Shown: positions 31,975 to 42,704, counted from the first letter of the stretch. The stretch is 64,000 nt of DNA from an uncultured bacterium (GCA_963825135.1 CAWGRW010000010.1:1-64000); one strand, 5' to 3'. Translations and numbers: made by a program. The notes: generated by a model from the sequence alone, not told the origin.

Positions 31975-32673
31975 ATGCAAATTAGAATCCTGGCGTTGCT
32001 GGCGTTGTCGCTATTCGTCGGATGCGGCTCATCTTTAGAAGCGACGGGCCCTCCGCCCGTTCCCCGGCTCCCGCGTAATTTTCAGTGGGAAGGCCGATAT
32101 ATTGTCAGCGATCTTGACATAGATGTTCCTTTTACCTGGCAAGGAAGTGACGGGAATATTCAGATGATCGCCGGGGGTGAGGAGCAGGAAATTTATTTTA
32201 CCAATCTAATATTTGACGGCCGCCTCTATACCCTTACTTATAAGTGGCCGGGTGTAGAACCGCCCCCTGACGACCCTGACAAGCCCCCTCATTGCTCTTG
32301 TCTCGGGCAATTCACCCTGGACGTTTTGAACGAATGTCTGGCAAAGTCGCGTTATGCAGGTGCGGAGATTTTAGAGGGAGCGGAACCCCGGTCCGTGCAT
32401 CATTTCAGGGTTGGCGTCGTTTTGGAGCTGGAGCCTCCGCCGAATCCGTTACGGACCCCGATAATGATGGGCGATTTTTATGTCGATCAGGAAGATTCAA
32501 CCAAGTTCTGGGAAGTGCTGCATTTCGGTTATCAGAACCTCTACGACCCGGCGCTGGATGAGTGGATCGTGATGGATAAGTTCGAAGATACTCAGGGAGT
32601 GGTCACGCTTCCCGAAGAGTGTAAGACCGTCGAGTGCCCACCCGTTCCGCTTACCGCGGATAACTGCAGATGA
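31975..32673 (+). CDS. Hypothetical lipoprotein
   Basis: Lipobox FVGC after signal; GGGAG RBS. Confidence 0.65.
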   Translation: MQIRILALLALSLFVGCGSSLEATGPPPVPRLPRNFQWEGRYIVSDLDIDVPFTWQGSDGNIQMIAGGEEQEIYFTNLIFDGRLYTLTYKWPGVEPPPDDPDKPPHCSCLGQFTLDVLNECLAKSRYAGAEILEGAEPRSVHHFRVGVVLELEPPPNPLRTPIMMGDFYVDQEDSTKFWEVLHFGYQNLYDPALDEWIVMDKFEDTQGVVTLPEECKTVECPPVPLTADNCR

Positions 32674-32703
32674 GATTCCGGCGTATCTCAGGGCCTCGAT
32701 CTC

Positions 32704-33873
32704 TCATGCCCCTGATGCGAGACGCCTTCGCACAATAAATAGAAGCGGTATAGAGGCGAGCTGCGCGAGGACGGAGAATACGACCATTGCCGCGACGCTC
32801 CTTCCGTAGAGAACCCCCATCAGCGAGCTTCCGATGAACCACGCGAACCCGAACCCGGCGTTGAAAACACCGTAAGCGGTCGCGCGCCTGTCGGGAGAGG
32901 TCATGTCCGATACGACGGCGCGGACGACAGATTCGAGCGCGCCCATCCCTATGCCCCAGAGCGCCATGCCCGCGATCAGCAGGCCCACCCCCGAGAGGTA
33001 AACGAGCGGGGCCGAGAGGGCCGTGACGCATACGGCGAGTAGGAGCACGCTCATTCCTTTTCTGTCGTAGAGGCGCCCGAGTGCGAGCGCGCTCAGGGCG
33101 TCCACCCCCATCGCGCCCGCGTAGAGGAGCGGTATCCACTTATCGGCCAGTATCCCGGCCGTCTTTATGTGAAACGCCGCGAGCGGAAAGTCGGCGAACC
33201 CCAGGGCTATGAAAGCGGCCGATGCGAGGTAGAGCCAGAACACGGGGCGGAGCTTCCCCGCCTCGCCGGGCTTAAAAGCGGGCTCGAGGGCGCGGGGATC
33301 GGGATACGTGACCCTCGCCGCGGCGAGCACGGCGAGGGCGAGGACTGCGGGGATTATCAGGACCGCGAAGCCGTAATGATAGCTCCCCTTCCAGGCGAGC
33401 ACCGCGGCCACTATCATGGGGCCTATTATCGCCCCCACCTGGTCCATCGCCTCGTGCACGCCGAAAGCCCATCCCCGGCCCATGTCGTGCGCGGCGTGGG
33501 AGAGCATGGCGTCGCGGGCGGGGTTTCTGACCGCCTTTCCCAAACGCTCTGTCATCATGAGCACCGCGGCCGCGGGCCAGTTGCCGGTAAGGGCGAGGGC
33601 GGGGACGGCGACGAGGCTGATCACGTATCCGGCGATCGTAATCGTCCAGTACCTGTGGGTGCGGTCGCTCACGAGGCCCGAGACTATCCTGAGCCCGTAG
33701 CCTATGAACTCGCCCAGCCCCGAGACCACCCCGACCACGGCTGCGCTCGCGCCCAGGAGGGCAAGATAGGGCCCCGCAATGCTCCGGGCCGCCTCGTACG
33801 TCATGTCTCCGAACAGGCTGACCGCGCCCAAAAGCAGAACGAACCTGAGAGCCGTGTTTTTTTTACGTGTCAT
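32704..33873 (-). CDS. MFS transporter
   Basis: About 12 TM segments; ERLGKAVRNPARD, GRLYDRKG. Confidence 0.9.
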   Translation of the reverse strand: MTRKKNTALRFVLLLGAVSLFGDMTYEAARSIAGPYLALLGASAAVVGVVSGLGEFIGYGLRIVSGLVSDRTHRYWTITIAGYVISLVAVPALALTGNWPAAAVLMMTERLGKAVRNPARDAMLSHAAHDMGRGWAFGVHEAMDQVGAIIGPMIVAAVLAWKGSYHYGFAVLIIPAVLALAVLAAARVTYPDPRALEPAFKPGEAGKLRPVFWLYLASAAFIALGFADFPLAAFHIKTAGILADKWIPLLYAGAMGVDALSALALGRLYDRKGMSVLLLAVCVTALSAPLVYLSGVGLLIAGMALWGIGMGALESVVRAVVSDMTSPDRRATAYGVFNAGFGFAWFIGSSLMGVLYGRSVAAMVVFSVLAQLASIPLLFIVRRRLASGA

Positions 33874-34027
33874 GGGAAAGTACGCCCGGGATAACGGATG
33901 ATGGAAAGTATATATGGAACCGGACGCGAATTACGAGCGGGAGCGGGAGGACGGCGACGGGGTAGTATCGCCGCTCAGGTATAACCGGGGCACGCCGCGC
34001 ACGGGCGCGCGGGATATTGTGAAGCGT

Positions 34028-34327
34028 TCAGCCCTTGCTCTTTTTGGAGGGTTTTTCTTTTTCGGGAGCTTCCGTTTCCTTTTTCCCGTCATCGACGCTA
34101 TCGACGATCATGCCGCTCTGGAGCACGTAAACGAGGCGGTTTATTATCTGGTGGACGTTCCTGTACCTGTCCTCGAGCTGACACTGGGCGAGCTCGAGCC
34201 AGTCGACGAGGATGCGGGTCATGGGGATGTTCTGCTGTTTGGACCTCGTCCTCAATAGGTGCTCGAGGTCGTCGATGCCCATGCCCAAGAGCTCGAATTC
34301 CTTTTCCCTGTCGGTGAGTTCAGCCAT
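34028..34327 (-). CDS. Hypothetical protein
   Basis: AAGGAG RBS; 99 aa coding-like. Confidence 0.6.
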   Translation of the reverse strand: MAELTDREKEFELLGMGIDDLEHLLRTRSKQQNIPMTRILVDWLELAQCQLEDRYRNVHQIINRLVYVLQSGMIVDSVDDGKKETEAPEKEKPSKKSKG

Positions 34328-34457
34328 ATTAAGTCTCCTTTCTCAGTTTGTGTGTGTATGCCCGGGGGCCCGGTAACCCCCGCGCCCGGTTTATATTACA
34401 TAACTAACGGCCTATTAACAATTGCCCGGTTGTGCGTCTCCGAATATACTATAGTCT

Positions 34458-34871
34458 ATGAAAAGAGCCGTTATCTCAGCCGCGTTAATGCTCATGACCC
34501 TCTCCGCCGGGCTCGCGCGCGGGGAGGAATACCTTCCCGACTCCATGAAGACCCACCCGGAATGGTACATACATATAAGCGACTGGTCCGTTTACGCAAC
34601 CTGGGGAGGGGTCGCCATAATCCAGGGCCTGACGATAGAGAACACGTCCGACCTCACGTACAGGGACGTGAAGGTGAGGGTTACGTACTCTTCGAGCGCG
34701 GCCGGGGGGGCCGGGGGCGTCGTCAATCAGGAAGCGGGCGTGCTCCCGATCACGCTCCCGCCGCATAGCACGGACACGTACCTGAGAGCGGGCTACCCGT
34801 TCGGCGCGGGCTCGCAGTTCATGAACCCTCTCGACATACAGGTACTGGGCGCGACCCCGGCGTCCGAGTGA
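34458..34871 (+). CDS. Secreted hypothetical protein (Ig-like)
   Basis: Signal peptide; TIENTSDLTYRDVKVRV beta pattern. Confidence 0.6.
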   Translation: MKRAVISAALMLMTLSAGLARGEEYLPDSMKTHPEWYIHISDWSVYATWGGVAIIQGLTIENTSDLTYRDVKVRVTYSSSAAGGAGGVVNQEAGVLPITLPPHSTDTYLRAGYPFGAGSQFMNPLDIQVLGATPASE

Positions 34872-35190
34872 ATGCCCGGAAAGGTTCACACCCTGAGGGG
34901 GAAGAAATACATCCGGGACAAAAAATTTTCTTCCCGTCACAAAATTGAAGTCCGGCTTTAATCCTCTTCGATATCCGAACGCCGCTCCCGCCGCACGTAC
35001 CTCATAAATCTTCACAACCGTCTGTATTCAATGACGATATCGTACCGCTTGATGCGCCGTAGAGCATAGGCTGCATCGACGCGGCCGGGCTCCCCGGGGC
35101 ATCAGCGGATGCCTGATCAAGTCTCTGTGAATAAAATGTGGATAAAAAAGATGCAAAATAATTCAAACTTTGCTATAATGATAGATAACC

Positions 35191-35265
35191 GGTTGTTACA
35201 ACCTGAGCCCCGTCAACTGAAGACTAGGGTCCTCTTGGCAGGGGTCCGAAATCTTCCGGGGCTCA
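35191..35265 (+). ncRNA. Candidate structured ncRNA of unknown family
   Basis: Extended -10 TGcTATAAT at 35171-35179, then nested stems tgagccccg/cggggctca, gaaga/tcttc and an inner hairpin; no downstream ORF seen. Confidence 0.4.
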
Positions 35266-35484
35266 TGGAATAATACCAATTTTACTCATACGAAAGTTTT
35301 TGTTTTTTGATTTAAATTCGAAGGCAAAGGTGTAGAGGTATTTCGGATCAGTGGATACCGGCGGAGTTTTATTTTTATGCGGGTCCGCGGATTGTTACGT
35401 CTGCACTACCGGAAGGCGGTCTGACAATCCGCAGGAACGCGAACCTCAAAACACGCCGCGCGCAGGTCTTTAAAACCCGGTTGA

Positions 35485-36225
35485 CTACCTGGACATCCCG
35501 CCGAGCTCTTTTTCCGCTTCGTTCGCGGCGACCCCGGAAGATTTCGTGATGCCGAGTATCGCGCCCGATATAGTTCCCGATTGAAAATAGTTGTTCACGT
35601 CTATCATGGCCGCGCCCAGGGTATAGGGGTTATCGCCCTGCGTGCCGTATTTCATCCTCTGGCGGATCAGCACGAGCCTCTCGAGCCTGAGCGAATCCAT
35701 CTTGGATATCAGGGCCGGGAGCGCGTCCTGGTAGAAATCGTCCTTGTCGACGGTCGTTTCGGGACCGGTGAGACCGCCGGATATGGCGAGCAGTATGTCC
35801 TTCGCCCTCTTGGCCGGGTTTATTGCGTCGGCCGCGTCGAGACCGAGGACCGCAATGTCGGTCACGATGTTCGTGTTGGTCTTTGCGCCCCGCATCTCGT
35901 TCCTGAACTGGTTGTAGTAGTAATCGATCACGTATATGCGCCCGTTTATGACCTCGTCCCTGTACACCCTCTGGCGGTCGGGCTCCGCGCTGAGTGAGTT
36001 GTAGGTGTCTATCACGCCCGCGACGTAGTACTTCTTCTCCATCTCCAGCACCTCGCCGTTTATGACCTCGGGCCGGCTCTCGCTGTCAACGCCGGTCGCG
36101 GCGACGTTGGTGCGGACGGTCCCCGTCCCCGCCCCCGCGCACGCGGAGAGCACGAGCGCGCATGCGACGAGCGCCCGCAAAGGGATGCGATTGTAAGACT
36201 TTACAGATGTTAATAGCCCTGACAT
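35485..36225 (-). CDS. Hypothetical lipoprotein
   Basis: Lipobox LSAC; AAGGAG RBS. Confidence 0.65.
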   Translation of the reverse strand: MSGLLTSVKSYNRIPLRALVACALVLSACAGAGTGTVRTNVAATGVDSESRPEVINGEVLEMEKKYYVAGVIDTYNSLSAEPDRQRVYRDEVINGRIYVIDYYYNQFRNEMRGAKTNTNIVTDIAVLGLDAADAINPAKRAKDILLAISGGLTGPETTVDKDDFYQDALPALISKMDSLRLERLVLIRQRMKYGTQGDNPYTLGAAMIDVNNYFQSGTISGAILGITKSSGVAANEAEKELGGMSR

Positions 36226-36536
36226 GGGTATGATTCTCCTTTCTGAGGCAATATTATACCGCTTTCCGATGAGCGCTTCAGCAGGAATTTTTCAGCCGTA
36301 CGGAGGCGGGCTGCGCCCGCTCCGGGCCCACACACAGCCGGGGCGGCGGGGGCGAACATTGACATTATTGACACCGGAGTCAAATGGCTATAGGTATTAA
36401 TCAAAATAAACAGCTTCCCGGATTCGGCGGACATCGGGGCATAACCATTTCGGACTTGTCTTGTCAGCGATCATCTTAATGGTTGTGGTCCCGTTACCGG
36501 CCGCTGCGTACGGGAGGCCTCGAGCGGGACGGAGTG

Positions 36537-37691
36537 ATGATACCGAATCGAAATATGACAATACGCCTCATCCCGGGATGTTTTATACTCGTAATCCTGG
36601 TCCTTGCGTCGCTCCGGGCGCTGCCTGCGCACTCCGCTGAGCCAGCCCCGCCCGTCGGGCAAATTCCGGCGGTCATTCACGTCGGGGTGATTCCCCTCGA
36701 GCCCTTCGTCATTGAAAATAACGGCAAACTGAAGGGTATCTCCATAGAGCTTTGGGAGGAGATCGCCAAGACCCGGGGATGGAAGTATGAATATACCCTC
36801 CTGCCCGCAACGGGTTATCTGGATTTCGTGCCCGAGCTCGAGGGAAATAAGTTCGACGTCGTGATCGGGCCGGTCGTGGTCACGTACCAGCGTTTGAGCG
36901 ATGTTTCATTTACTATTCCGTACTATATATCCACCTCGAACGTGATCACGAGGAACGAACCGACTTCATTCCCCTTATTATTCATTCATTTAATCGAAAG
37001 CTCCTTCAAACGTCCGCTCATTATTTTATTTTTGACGATTTTCATCTGCAGTTTCCTGATCTGGCATAAAGAACGGCACAATTTCCCGGAGGCCTTTCCT
37101 CAGACTTTACACAAGGGGATACGGTATTCGATCTGGTACGGCTTTCATACCATGTTCTCTAACGATATATTCTTCGAGATCCAGGACACATACGCGCGCA
37201 TCCTCACGATCATCATGCTGGTATGCAGCCTCGCCACCGGTTCGATCCTGGCGGCGACGCTCACGAGCGCCCTTACACTGTCCCACACGGGACGGAAATC
37301 CGATATAGACGAGCTCGAGGATTTGAAAGGCCAGACAGTCGCGATAATAGGCGGTTCGGACGTGGAGGACTATCTTCAGAACCTCGATTTCAGCGTCGTC
37401 GATAAGAAATCGCTCGAAGAAGCGCTCGAAGCCCTGAATAATGAGGATGTCGTCGCCGTCATCGCCGATAGATTGACGGTAAAGAGTTATTTGCGGCATA
37501 ACAATATGAGCGACGTACACGTTTCCGACATGGTAATCAGGAGTAATATTCTCTCCTACGCACTGCAGAAAGGCTCCCCGCTGCGCGACCTTATGAACAA
37601 ATCAATCGTCGATCTGGAAAATTCGAACTGGATATACAGGATGTGCCTCAACTATCTCGACAGGCGCGACGCCGCATTCTGCACGTTATAG
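36537..37691 (+). CDS. Amino-acid-binding domain interrupted by TM segments (GluR0-like prokaryotic ligand-gated channel architecture)
   Basis: SBP_bac_3 motifs (PFVI, GISIELWEEIA, FTIPYY), TM1, pore-helix-like IWYGFHT, TM2, then second lobe (DLKGQTVA, SPLRDLMN); start uncertain. Confidence 0.75.
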   Translation: MIPNRNMTIRLIPGCFILVILVLASLRALPAHSAEPAPPVGQIPAVIHVGVIPLEPFVIENNGKLKGISIELWEEIAKTRGWKYEYTLLPATGYLDFVPELEGNKFDVVIGPVVVTYQRLSDVSFTIPYYISTSNVITRNEPTSFPLLFIHLIESSFKRPLIILFLTIFICSFLIWHKERHNFPEAFPQTLHKGIRYSIWYGFHTMFSNDIFFEIQDTYARILTIIMLVCSLATGSILAATLTSALTLSHTGRKSDIDELEDLKGQTVAIIGGSDVEDYLQNLDFSVVDKKSLEEALEALNNEDVVAVIADRLTVKSYLRHNNMSDVHVSDMVIRSNILSYALQKGSPLRDLMNKSIVDLENSNWIYRMCLNYLDRRDAAFCTL

Positions 37692-37867
37692 GACAATTCC
37701 CTCTCCGGAGAATTATTTCCCGCCCCCTCTTCCCTTTTATGAAGGTTTTGTATTATAATAGGATTGGGTCATCAGCATTTTTGTTCGCATCACGTTTGCG
37801 GGCCGTCTCCGGCTGATATGGGTCTTGCCGGGCGGTATGAAAAAATCCTCAGCTGGTCGGAAGAAAA

Positions 37868-38557
37868 ATGGTAAATCAGTGGGGCACAATCGGAATACCT
37901 TCCGAAAACCGTTTCCTGGGGCTCTACTACGAGCCCGAGAGCGAGCAGTTCCTTGCGCATTTCCAGAAGCACCTCGGCGACGGATACGAAATAAAGAGCA
38001 TATACGCCAGGCACATGAAGGACGATACCTACAGGAGGCTTACTCCGGAGACGGAGGAGTTTTCCTACGAGGACGTCATACTGTGTCCGCGCGTATCCAA
38101 GATATTCGTTAACGTATTCCGGGTGCTCAGAAAGGGCGGCAAGTGCCTGGGCTCCGAATGGCATTCGGTCCAGGAGATAGACACGGACACCGGGGAAATT
38201 ACAACGGTGCTCACCCCGCACGACCTCCCGGTCGAGCCTCAATACTCTAAGGCATGGATAAGCAGGCTCCGGAACGTGAAGAGCGAGGGCCGTAAGCACG
38301 GCGGAGAGTTTCAGACAGACGAGGAAGAGTTCGCAGGCGAGCCCCGCGCCCACGCGGTTTACGGGACGGGCGGAAAGGAAATCCTCTGCACCGTGTCGTT
38401 CAGGAAGAAGAAGAGCGGCCGCGACGAGCCGGTCGAGGACTACCTCTGCAAGGTATCCCCGGATACGGGCGGGTACAGGAAGATAACGAGGATAATCAAC
38501 GCCGCGAAGGATATGCCCGCGCACGTAAAAACGGCGGGCGGGAACCTGGCCGTCTGA
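37868..38557 (+). CDS. Hypothetical protein, paralog of 19291..19851
   Basis: Shared SYED.(V/I)LCP and EWHS blocks. Confidence 0.65.
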   Translation: MVNQWGTIGIPSENRFLGLYYEPESEQFLAHFQKHLGDGYEIKSIYARHMKDDTYRRLTPETEEFSYEDVILCPRVSKIFVNVFRVLRKGGKCLGSEWHSVQEIDTDTGEITTVLTPHDLPVEPQYSKAWISRLRNVKSEGRKHGGEFQTDEEEFAGEPRAHAVYGTGGKEILCTVSFRKKKSGRDEPVEDYLCKVSPDTGGYRKITRIINAAKDMPAHVKTAGGNLAV

Positions 38558-38632
38558 GCGCGGAGAACCGACCCGGCTTCACTCAACCCCGATAGTTACC
38601 GGATTACGGATAAATACACCACTCGCAGGCTT

Positions 38633-39352
38633 TCAATTCCGGGAAAGGAGCGACGAGAACTCCTCCCGCGTGCCGCTATAGACGTTCAGGTCTACGAAGC
38701 CGCCTACCCCCCAGAGCCTCCCCCTGTTCGTGTACTGCCAGAAGCTCCAGGCCCTGCCGTCAGGAAGCCGGGGAGCCCCGTATATATCCCTTATCCAAAT
38801 CTGATAGCCGGGCAGCTCGCCCGAGAGAAAGTCGATGTAGGACTGCTTCGTAGTGTAGATGAGCGGGCGGCTCCCGTACCTGCGCTCGACGATTTCCGAG
38901 AACATCTTTATCTCACGCAGGAGCTCCTCCTTCCGGGGACGCGCGCTGCAGTTGCCCCCGTATTCGAGGTCGATCACCGCCGGCAGCTGCCCCTCGCCGG
39001 CGGGCACTGTCTCTATGTAGTTCTCCGCCTGCTCCTTCCCGGACTTGCAGAACGTGAAGAAGTGGTATGCGCCCCTCGCGAGACCGAGCTCCCCTGCCCT
39101 CTTCCAGTACTCGTCGAATTTGGTGTCCTTGTGGTCGCCCCCTTCGGTCGCCTTTATGAATATGAAATCGAGGTCCGCGCGCTCGAGTATGCCCCAGTCT
39201 ATATCCGTCTGGTGGTGGGAAATGTCTATCCCCCGGACGGGGTATTTCTCGTCGCTCGGGTAATTGAACCTGATGTAGCCCTCGTCGAAAAATACGAGCA
39301 GGACTGCGGCTGAGAGTAATACGAAACCCGATACGGCTATGGCGCGGTTCAT
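38633..39352 (-). CDS. GH25 lysozyme/muramidase
   Basis: GIDISHHQ, FIKATEG, GAYHFF, IDLE, FWQYT, VDLN; N-terminal anchor. Confidence 0.9.
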   Translation of the reverse strand: MNRAIAVSGFVLLSAAVLLVFFDEGYIRFNYPSDEKYPVRGIDISHHQTDIDWGILERADLDFIFIKATEGGDHKDTKFDEYWKRAGELGLARGAYHFFTFCKSGKEQAENYIETVPAGEGQLPAVIDLEYGGNCSARPRKEELLREIKMFSEIVERRYGSRPLIYTTKQSYIDFLSGELPGYQIWIRDIYGAPRLPDGRAWSFWQYTNRGRLWGVGGFVDLNVYSGTREEFSSLLSRN

Positions 39353-39450
39353 AATGCGGGCGCTTGCCCGGATAATATTATACCGCCCCGGGCCGGATAA
39401 TCCCATTTTAATTAAAGCGTTACGGCGTATTCCGCGCGGGGGGAATGTTC

Positions 39451-39499
39451 GGTATCTTGAGGCGGGTATGTCGAAGTACGTTCTTATCCGGCCAGCGCT
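39451..39499. repeat. ~50-bp direct repeat, copy 1 of 3 (others 41330-41378 and 43808-43856)
   Basis: Core gtatctt...atg..gaa.tacgttcttatccgg.c.gcgct. Confidence 0.75.
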
Positions 39500-39754
39500 G
39501 TTCACGGCCGGGTTCATGGACGAATGTCGGATACGAGATCCAGCGCGGGGGGAACGAGATGATGAGGGTGTGGGTTCAATTAATATTTAAAGAAATAAGA
39601 ATACTAATTTGGGAGGCATTTCAGACTGTGTTAGTATCTATAAATCATGAGACAGCAACATTTATCGGAAGTGAGAGATTCCGCATTTATACACTTCATG
39701 TAGTGTGGCTTAAACCGTGTAAATATATTAACACACAGATCGAGTTTGTAGAAT

Positions 39755-40678
39755 ATGAGTAATAATAACGATACCAATATTGAAGAAGACTTAGATAACA
39801 ATGAACTAATCACCAATCTATTGGAAAAACTTCCTCCCTATTCCACGATTGAGGTCGCTAATCCATTTTGGAGATATAGTTTAGCTGTTCTTGTATTACC
39901 CAATACCCCAGCTAAACAAATGATATTTCCAGAATCTATCACAATATATTGTCATTCTGAAGAGTGCAATAGGCCTTGCCCATTTGACTCCCAGAGCTCA
40001 AATCCATATATCAGTCCAACAAAATCAACTCAAGAATTTTTAGAATATATATGTCGGACATGCCGTAAAACATCCAAAATATTCAGTCTAAGATTCGAAT
40101 CAACATTTGACGTTGATGAGAAAATTATCCCATCTACGAAAGTAACTAAGTATATGAAAATAACAAAATTTGGAGAGTATCCGCCTTTTGACCCGCACAC
40201 TCCTACGAGATTAATAACAATGTTTGGCAAACACAGAGACTTATATCTTCGGGGCAGAAGAAGTGAAAGCCAGAGTTTAGGAATTGGAGCATTCGTTTAC
40301 TATAGGAGAGTTATAAAAGATCTAAAAAATGAGATAATTGATCTGATTATTAAAGCGGCAAATACATATCATGCTGACCCCATGCTGATAGCAGAATTAG
40401 AAAAAGCAAAGAAGGAAAGTGAATTCGCCAAATCAATGGAAATAATCAAACACGAATTTCCAGATGCATTAAAGATAGCGGGCGAGAACCCACTCACAGC
40501 ACTCAACACTGCTTTAAGTACCGGCATTCATAATAAATCAGACAAAGAATGTTTGGAGTTAGCACAAAGCGTAAGAACCATACTATGCAGCTTCGTTGAA
40601 AGATTTACCGAACTTTCAAAGAATAATGATAATTTAAAGAAAGCCTTGAAAAACATTGATAAGTTTAAGAATAAATGA
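39755..40678 (+). CDS. AT-rich hypothetical protein with Cys-pair motifs and a DUF4145/HEPN-like helical C-terminus
   Basis: CHSEEC..CRTC; GIGAFVYYRRVI; LSTGIH; strongly AT-rich relative to flanks. Confidence 0.6.
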   Translation: MSNNNDTNIEEDLDNNELITNLLEKLPPYSTIEVANPFWRYSLAVLVLPNTPAKQMIFPESITIYCHSEECNRPCPFDSQSSNPYISPTKSTQEFLEYICRTCRKTSKIFSLRFESTFDVDEKIIPSTKVTKYMKITKFGEYPPFDPHTPTRLITMFGKHRDLYLRGRRSESQSLGIGAFVYYRRVIKDLKNEIIDLIIKAANTYHADPMLIAELEKAKKESEFAKSMEIIKHEFPDALKIAGENPLTALNTALSTGIHNKSDKECLELAQSVRTILCSFVERFTELSKNNDNLKKALKNIDKFKNK

Positions 40679-41150
40679 GAACGCATTGGACACCATAATT
40701 ATAGCAAAATATGCATCTATAGTAATAGTCAGCTTGTTGGCTCTATTCCTAGGATCGATGGCAACTGCCTGGAGACGAGCATGTGTTTATATCACAAAGG
40801 AGGTCTACCCATTCGACAAACTTAATGGAGAGAATATTGAAAAATTTACCCCTAGATATATATCACAAAGGAATTTATTTTCGGTTGCGTTATTAATTCT
40901 CTCTGGTCTAATGGCACTGATCTTTATAAATTGGATGATAGCTCTTGTGCTAATAGCTACAAACTACATACTCATGATATTATTTGCCTACCTCTTTCCA
41001 AACAAGCAATCTGAATACTACTTATCACGAGTAGAAGATGACTTCATCACTCGTAGGAACCTATATAAAAAATTTAACGACACTGAGAACGAGCAAGAAA
41101 TGCAGAAACGATTGGATTTACTCTATAAAGCATTCAGGCCAAACCAGTAA
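40656..41150 (+). CDS. AT-rich hypothetical membrane protein
   Basis: About three hydrophobic segments; start uncertain. Confidence 0.5.
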   Translation: MISLRINENALDTIIIAKYASIVIVSLLALFLGSMATAWRRACVYITKEVYPFDKLNGENIEKFTPRYISQRNLFSVALLILSGLMALIFINWMIALVLIATNYILMILFAYLFPNKQSEYYLSRVEDDFITRRNLYKKFNDTENEQEMQKRLDLLYKAFRPNQ

Positions 41151-41362
41151 AATGAAACCGTAGCTCACTTTTTTTTGTCTTTCCACACCAGTCAGCTTGC
41201 GCACGCACCATACATCGTACCTCTTATGAAAGACACCGAATCCTTCGAGGCAGGTGACAAATAGATCGCGGGAATTCTCGCCTGATCTCAGGCGTATGCG
41301 GCTCTCCCGGCGTGTGCGCCGAAACTCCTGTATCTTACGGGGGGGTATGCCGAAATACGTTC

Positions 41363-41938
41363 TTATCCGGCCAGCGCTTTCTCGATACGGCGGTCAGGGA
41401 TGAGCCACATAGCGGCAACCAGGACGTACAGGGCACAGGCAATCCACGAATTCACAAAGGAAAGCGGTATTGCCAGAGCGTAGAGCACAAGAGATGCTTT
41501 TCCCTTGAAGTCCCGGCCGACCGCCGTCGCTAGAGTGGAATCCGTGCCCTGGTAGAATATGAGAGTGCGGGTGAGGATAACATAAGCGAACCCGGCTAAT
41601 AACAGGGCCATTCCATAAAGTGCAACCGGCCAGGTAGCGAAGTGGTTTTCACCCATCCATCCCGTAGCGAAAGGGATTAGCGACAACCAGAATAACAGGT
41701 TCATGTTAGCCCACAGAATACGGCCGTTAACCTGCCGGACCGCCTGTAACAGATGATGGTGATTGTTCCAGTATATCCCGATGTAAATAAAACTAAGCAC
41801 ATAACTCAGTAATTTCGGTATCAGCGGGCGGAGCGCACCCAAACCGGCCTCATGCGGTATCGTCAATTCCAACACCATGATGGTGATAATTATGGCAATG
41901 ACGCCATCGCTGAATGCTTCTAATCTTCCTTTAGTCAT
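41363..41938 (-). CDS. TMEM175 (DUF1211) potassium channel family protein
   Basis: RLEAFSDGVIAIIITIMVLEL; YWNNHHH; WLSLIPF. Confidence 0.9.
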   Translation of the reverse strand: MTKGRLEAFSDGVIAIIITIMVLELTIPHEAGLGALRPLIPKLLSYVLSFIYIGIYWNNHHHLLQAVRQVNGRILWANMNLLFWLSLIPFATGWMGENHFATWPVALYGMALLLAGFAYVILTRTLIFYQGTDSTLATAVGRDFKGKASLVLYALAIPLSFVNSWIACALYVLVAAMWLIPDRRIEKALAG

Positions 41939-42197
41939 TTGCGATCTCTACATTTCCGATTCTGACGGGGGTACTTTTTCGCTTCACAATTGAGAGTCAA
42001 TAATTATAAATTTTTCACACAAGGTGAGCCTCGATTCGGGGATATTACTCATCAGCGTTATCCAGAGAGAGTATTCGGGGTCTCGCCGGAGAATGTGATT
42101 TGCGTGGGGTGACTCTTCGTGCAGACACCCCAGGCGCCTTCGCCGAGGGTGTCCGGCTAATTATCACGGACTGCCCAACCAGGTGATGCGAGAAGCG

Positions 42198-42704
42198 TTA
42201 GCGACTCTTGCGCGGGGCGCGTCTTTTGGGGTCTCCGTTAACGTCCGGAACTTCTTCGCCGAGGGCTGTGGCCAAATCGATTTGATGGTCCTGCTCCTGT
42301 ATCAGGATCTGGCGAATTTGTTCCGCCATCGCGTATTCTCCCAGCGTTTCACACTGCCGGATGCGGTCGCGGTAATTGCGAATGGTTTCGTTTTCATTCT
42401 CGAGATCGTAACGGAGCATGTCTTTCGGATTCTTCGATGTGCGTACAGGCTTGGGGGTGACCACAGGCATTTTGCCGAGATAATCGATCTGCCGCGAAAG
42501 GATCAGGGCATGATCGAGCTCCTGTTTGGCGTGGATTTCGAGCTGGGCGGCGATGTTCATGTATTGGGCGCCGCTTAGCACCTGGGAATAGACCACGTAG
42601 GCTATGATGGCTTGATATTCGCGGGAAAGGTCTTCATTCAACAGCTCCGCGAGGCGGTCGCGGGAAATTTCGTTTTTGTTCGCGGCGGATTTGTGTTTAG
42701 CCAT
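42198..42704 (-). CDS. Ferritin-like (bacterioferritin-type) protein
   Basis: LNEDLSREYQAIIAY, QELDHA, ENENETI, QEQDH; GGGAGG RBS. Confidence 0.85.
   Translation of the reverse strand: MAKHKSAANKNEISRDRLAELLNEDLSREYQAIIAYVVYSQVLSGAQYMNIAAQLEIHAKQELDHALILSRQIDYLGKMPVVTPKPVRTSKNPKDMLRYDLENENETIRNYRDRIRQCETLGEYAMAEQIRQILIQEQDHQIDLATALGEEVPDVNGDPKRRAPRKSR

Noticed and set aside
35213..35255. Hammerhead ribozyme (CUGAAGA..GAAA)
   Set aside because: Could not build stems I and III with a correctly placed NUH; GAAGA pairs better with UCUUC
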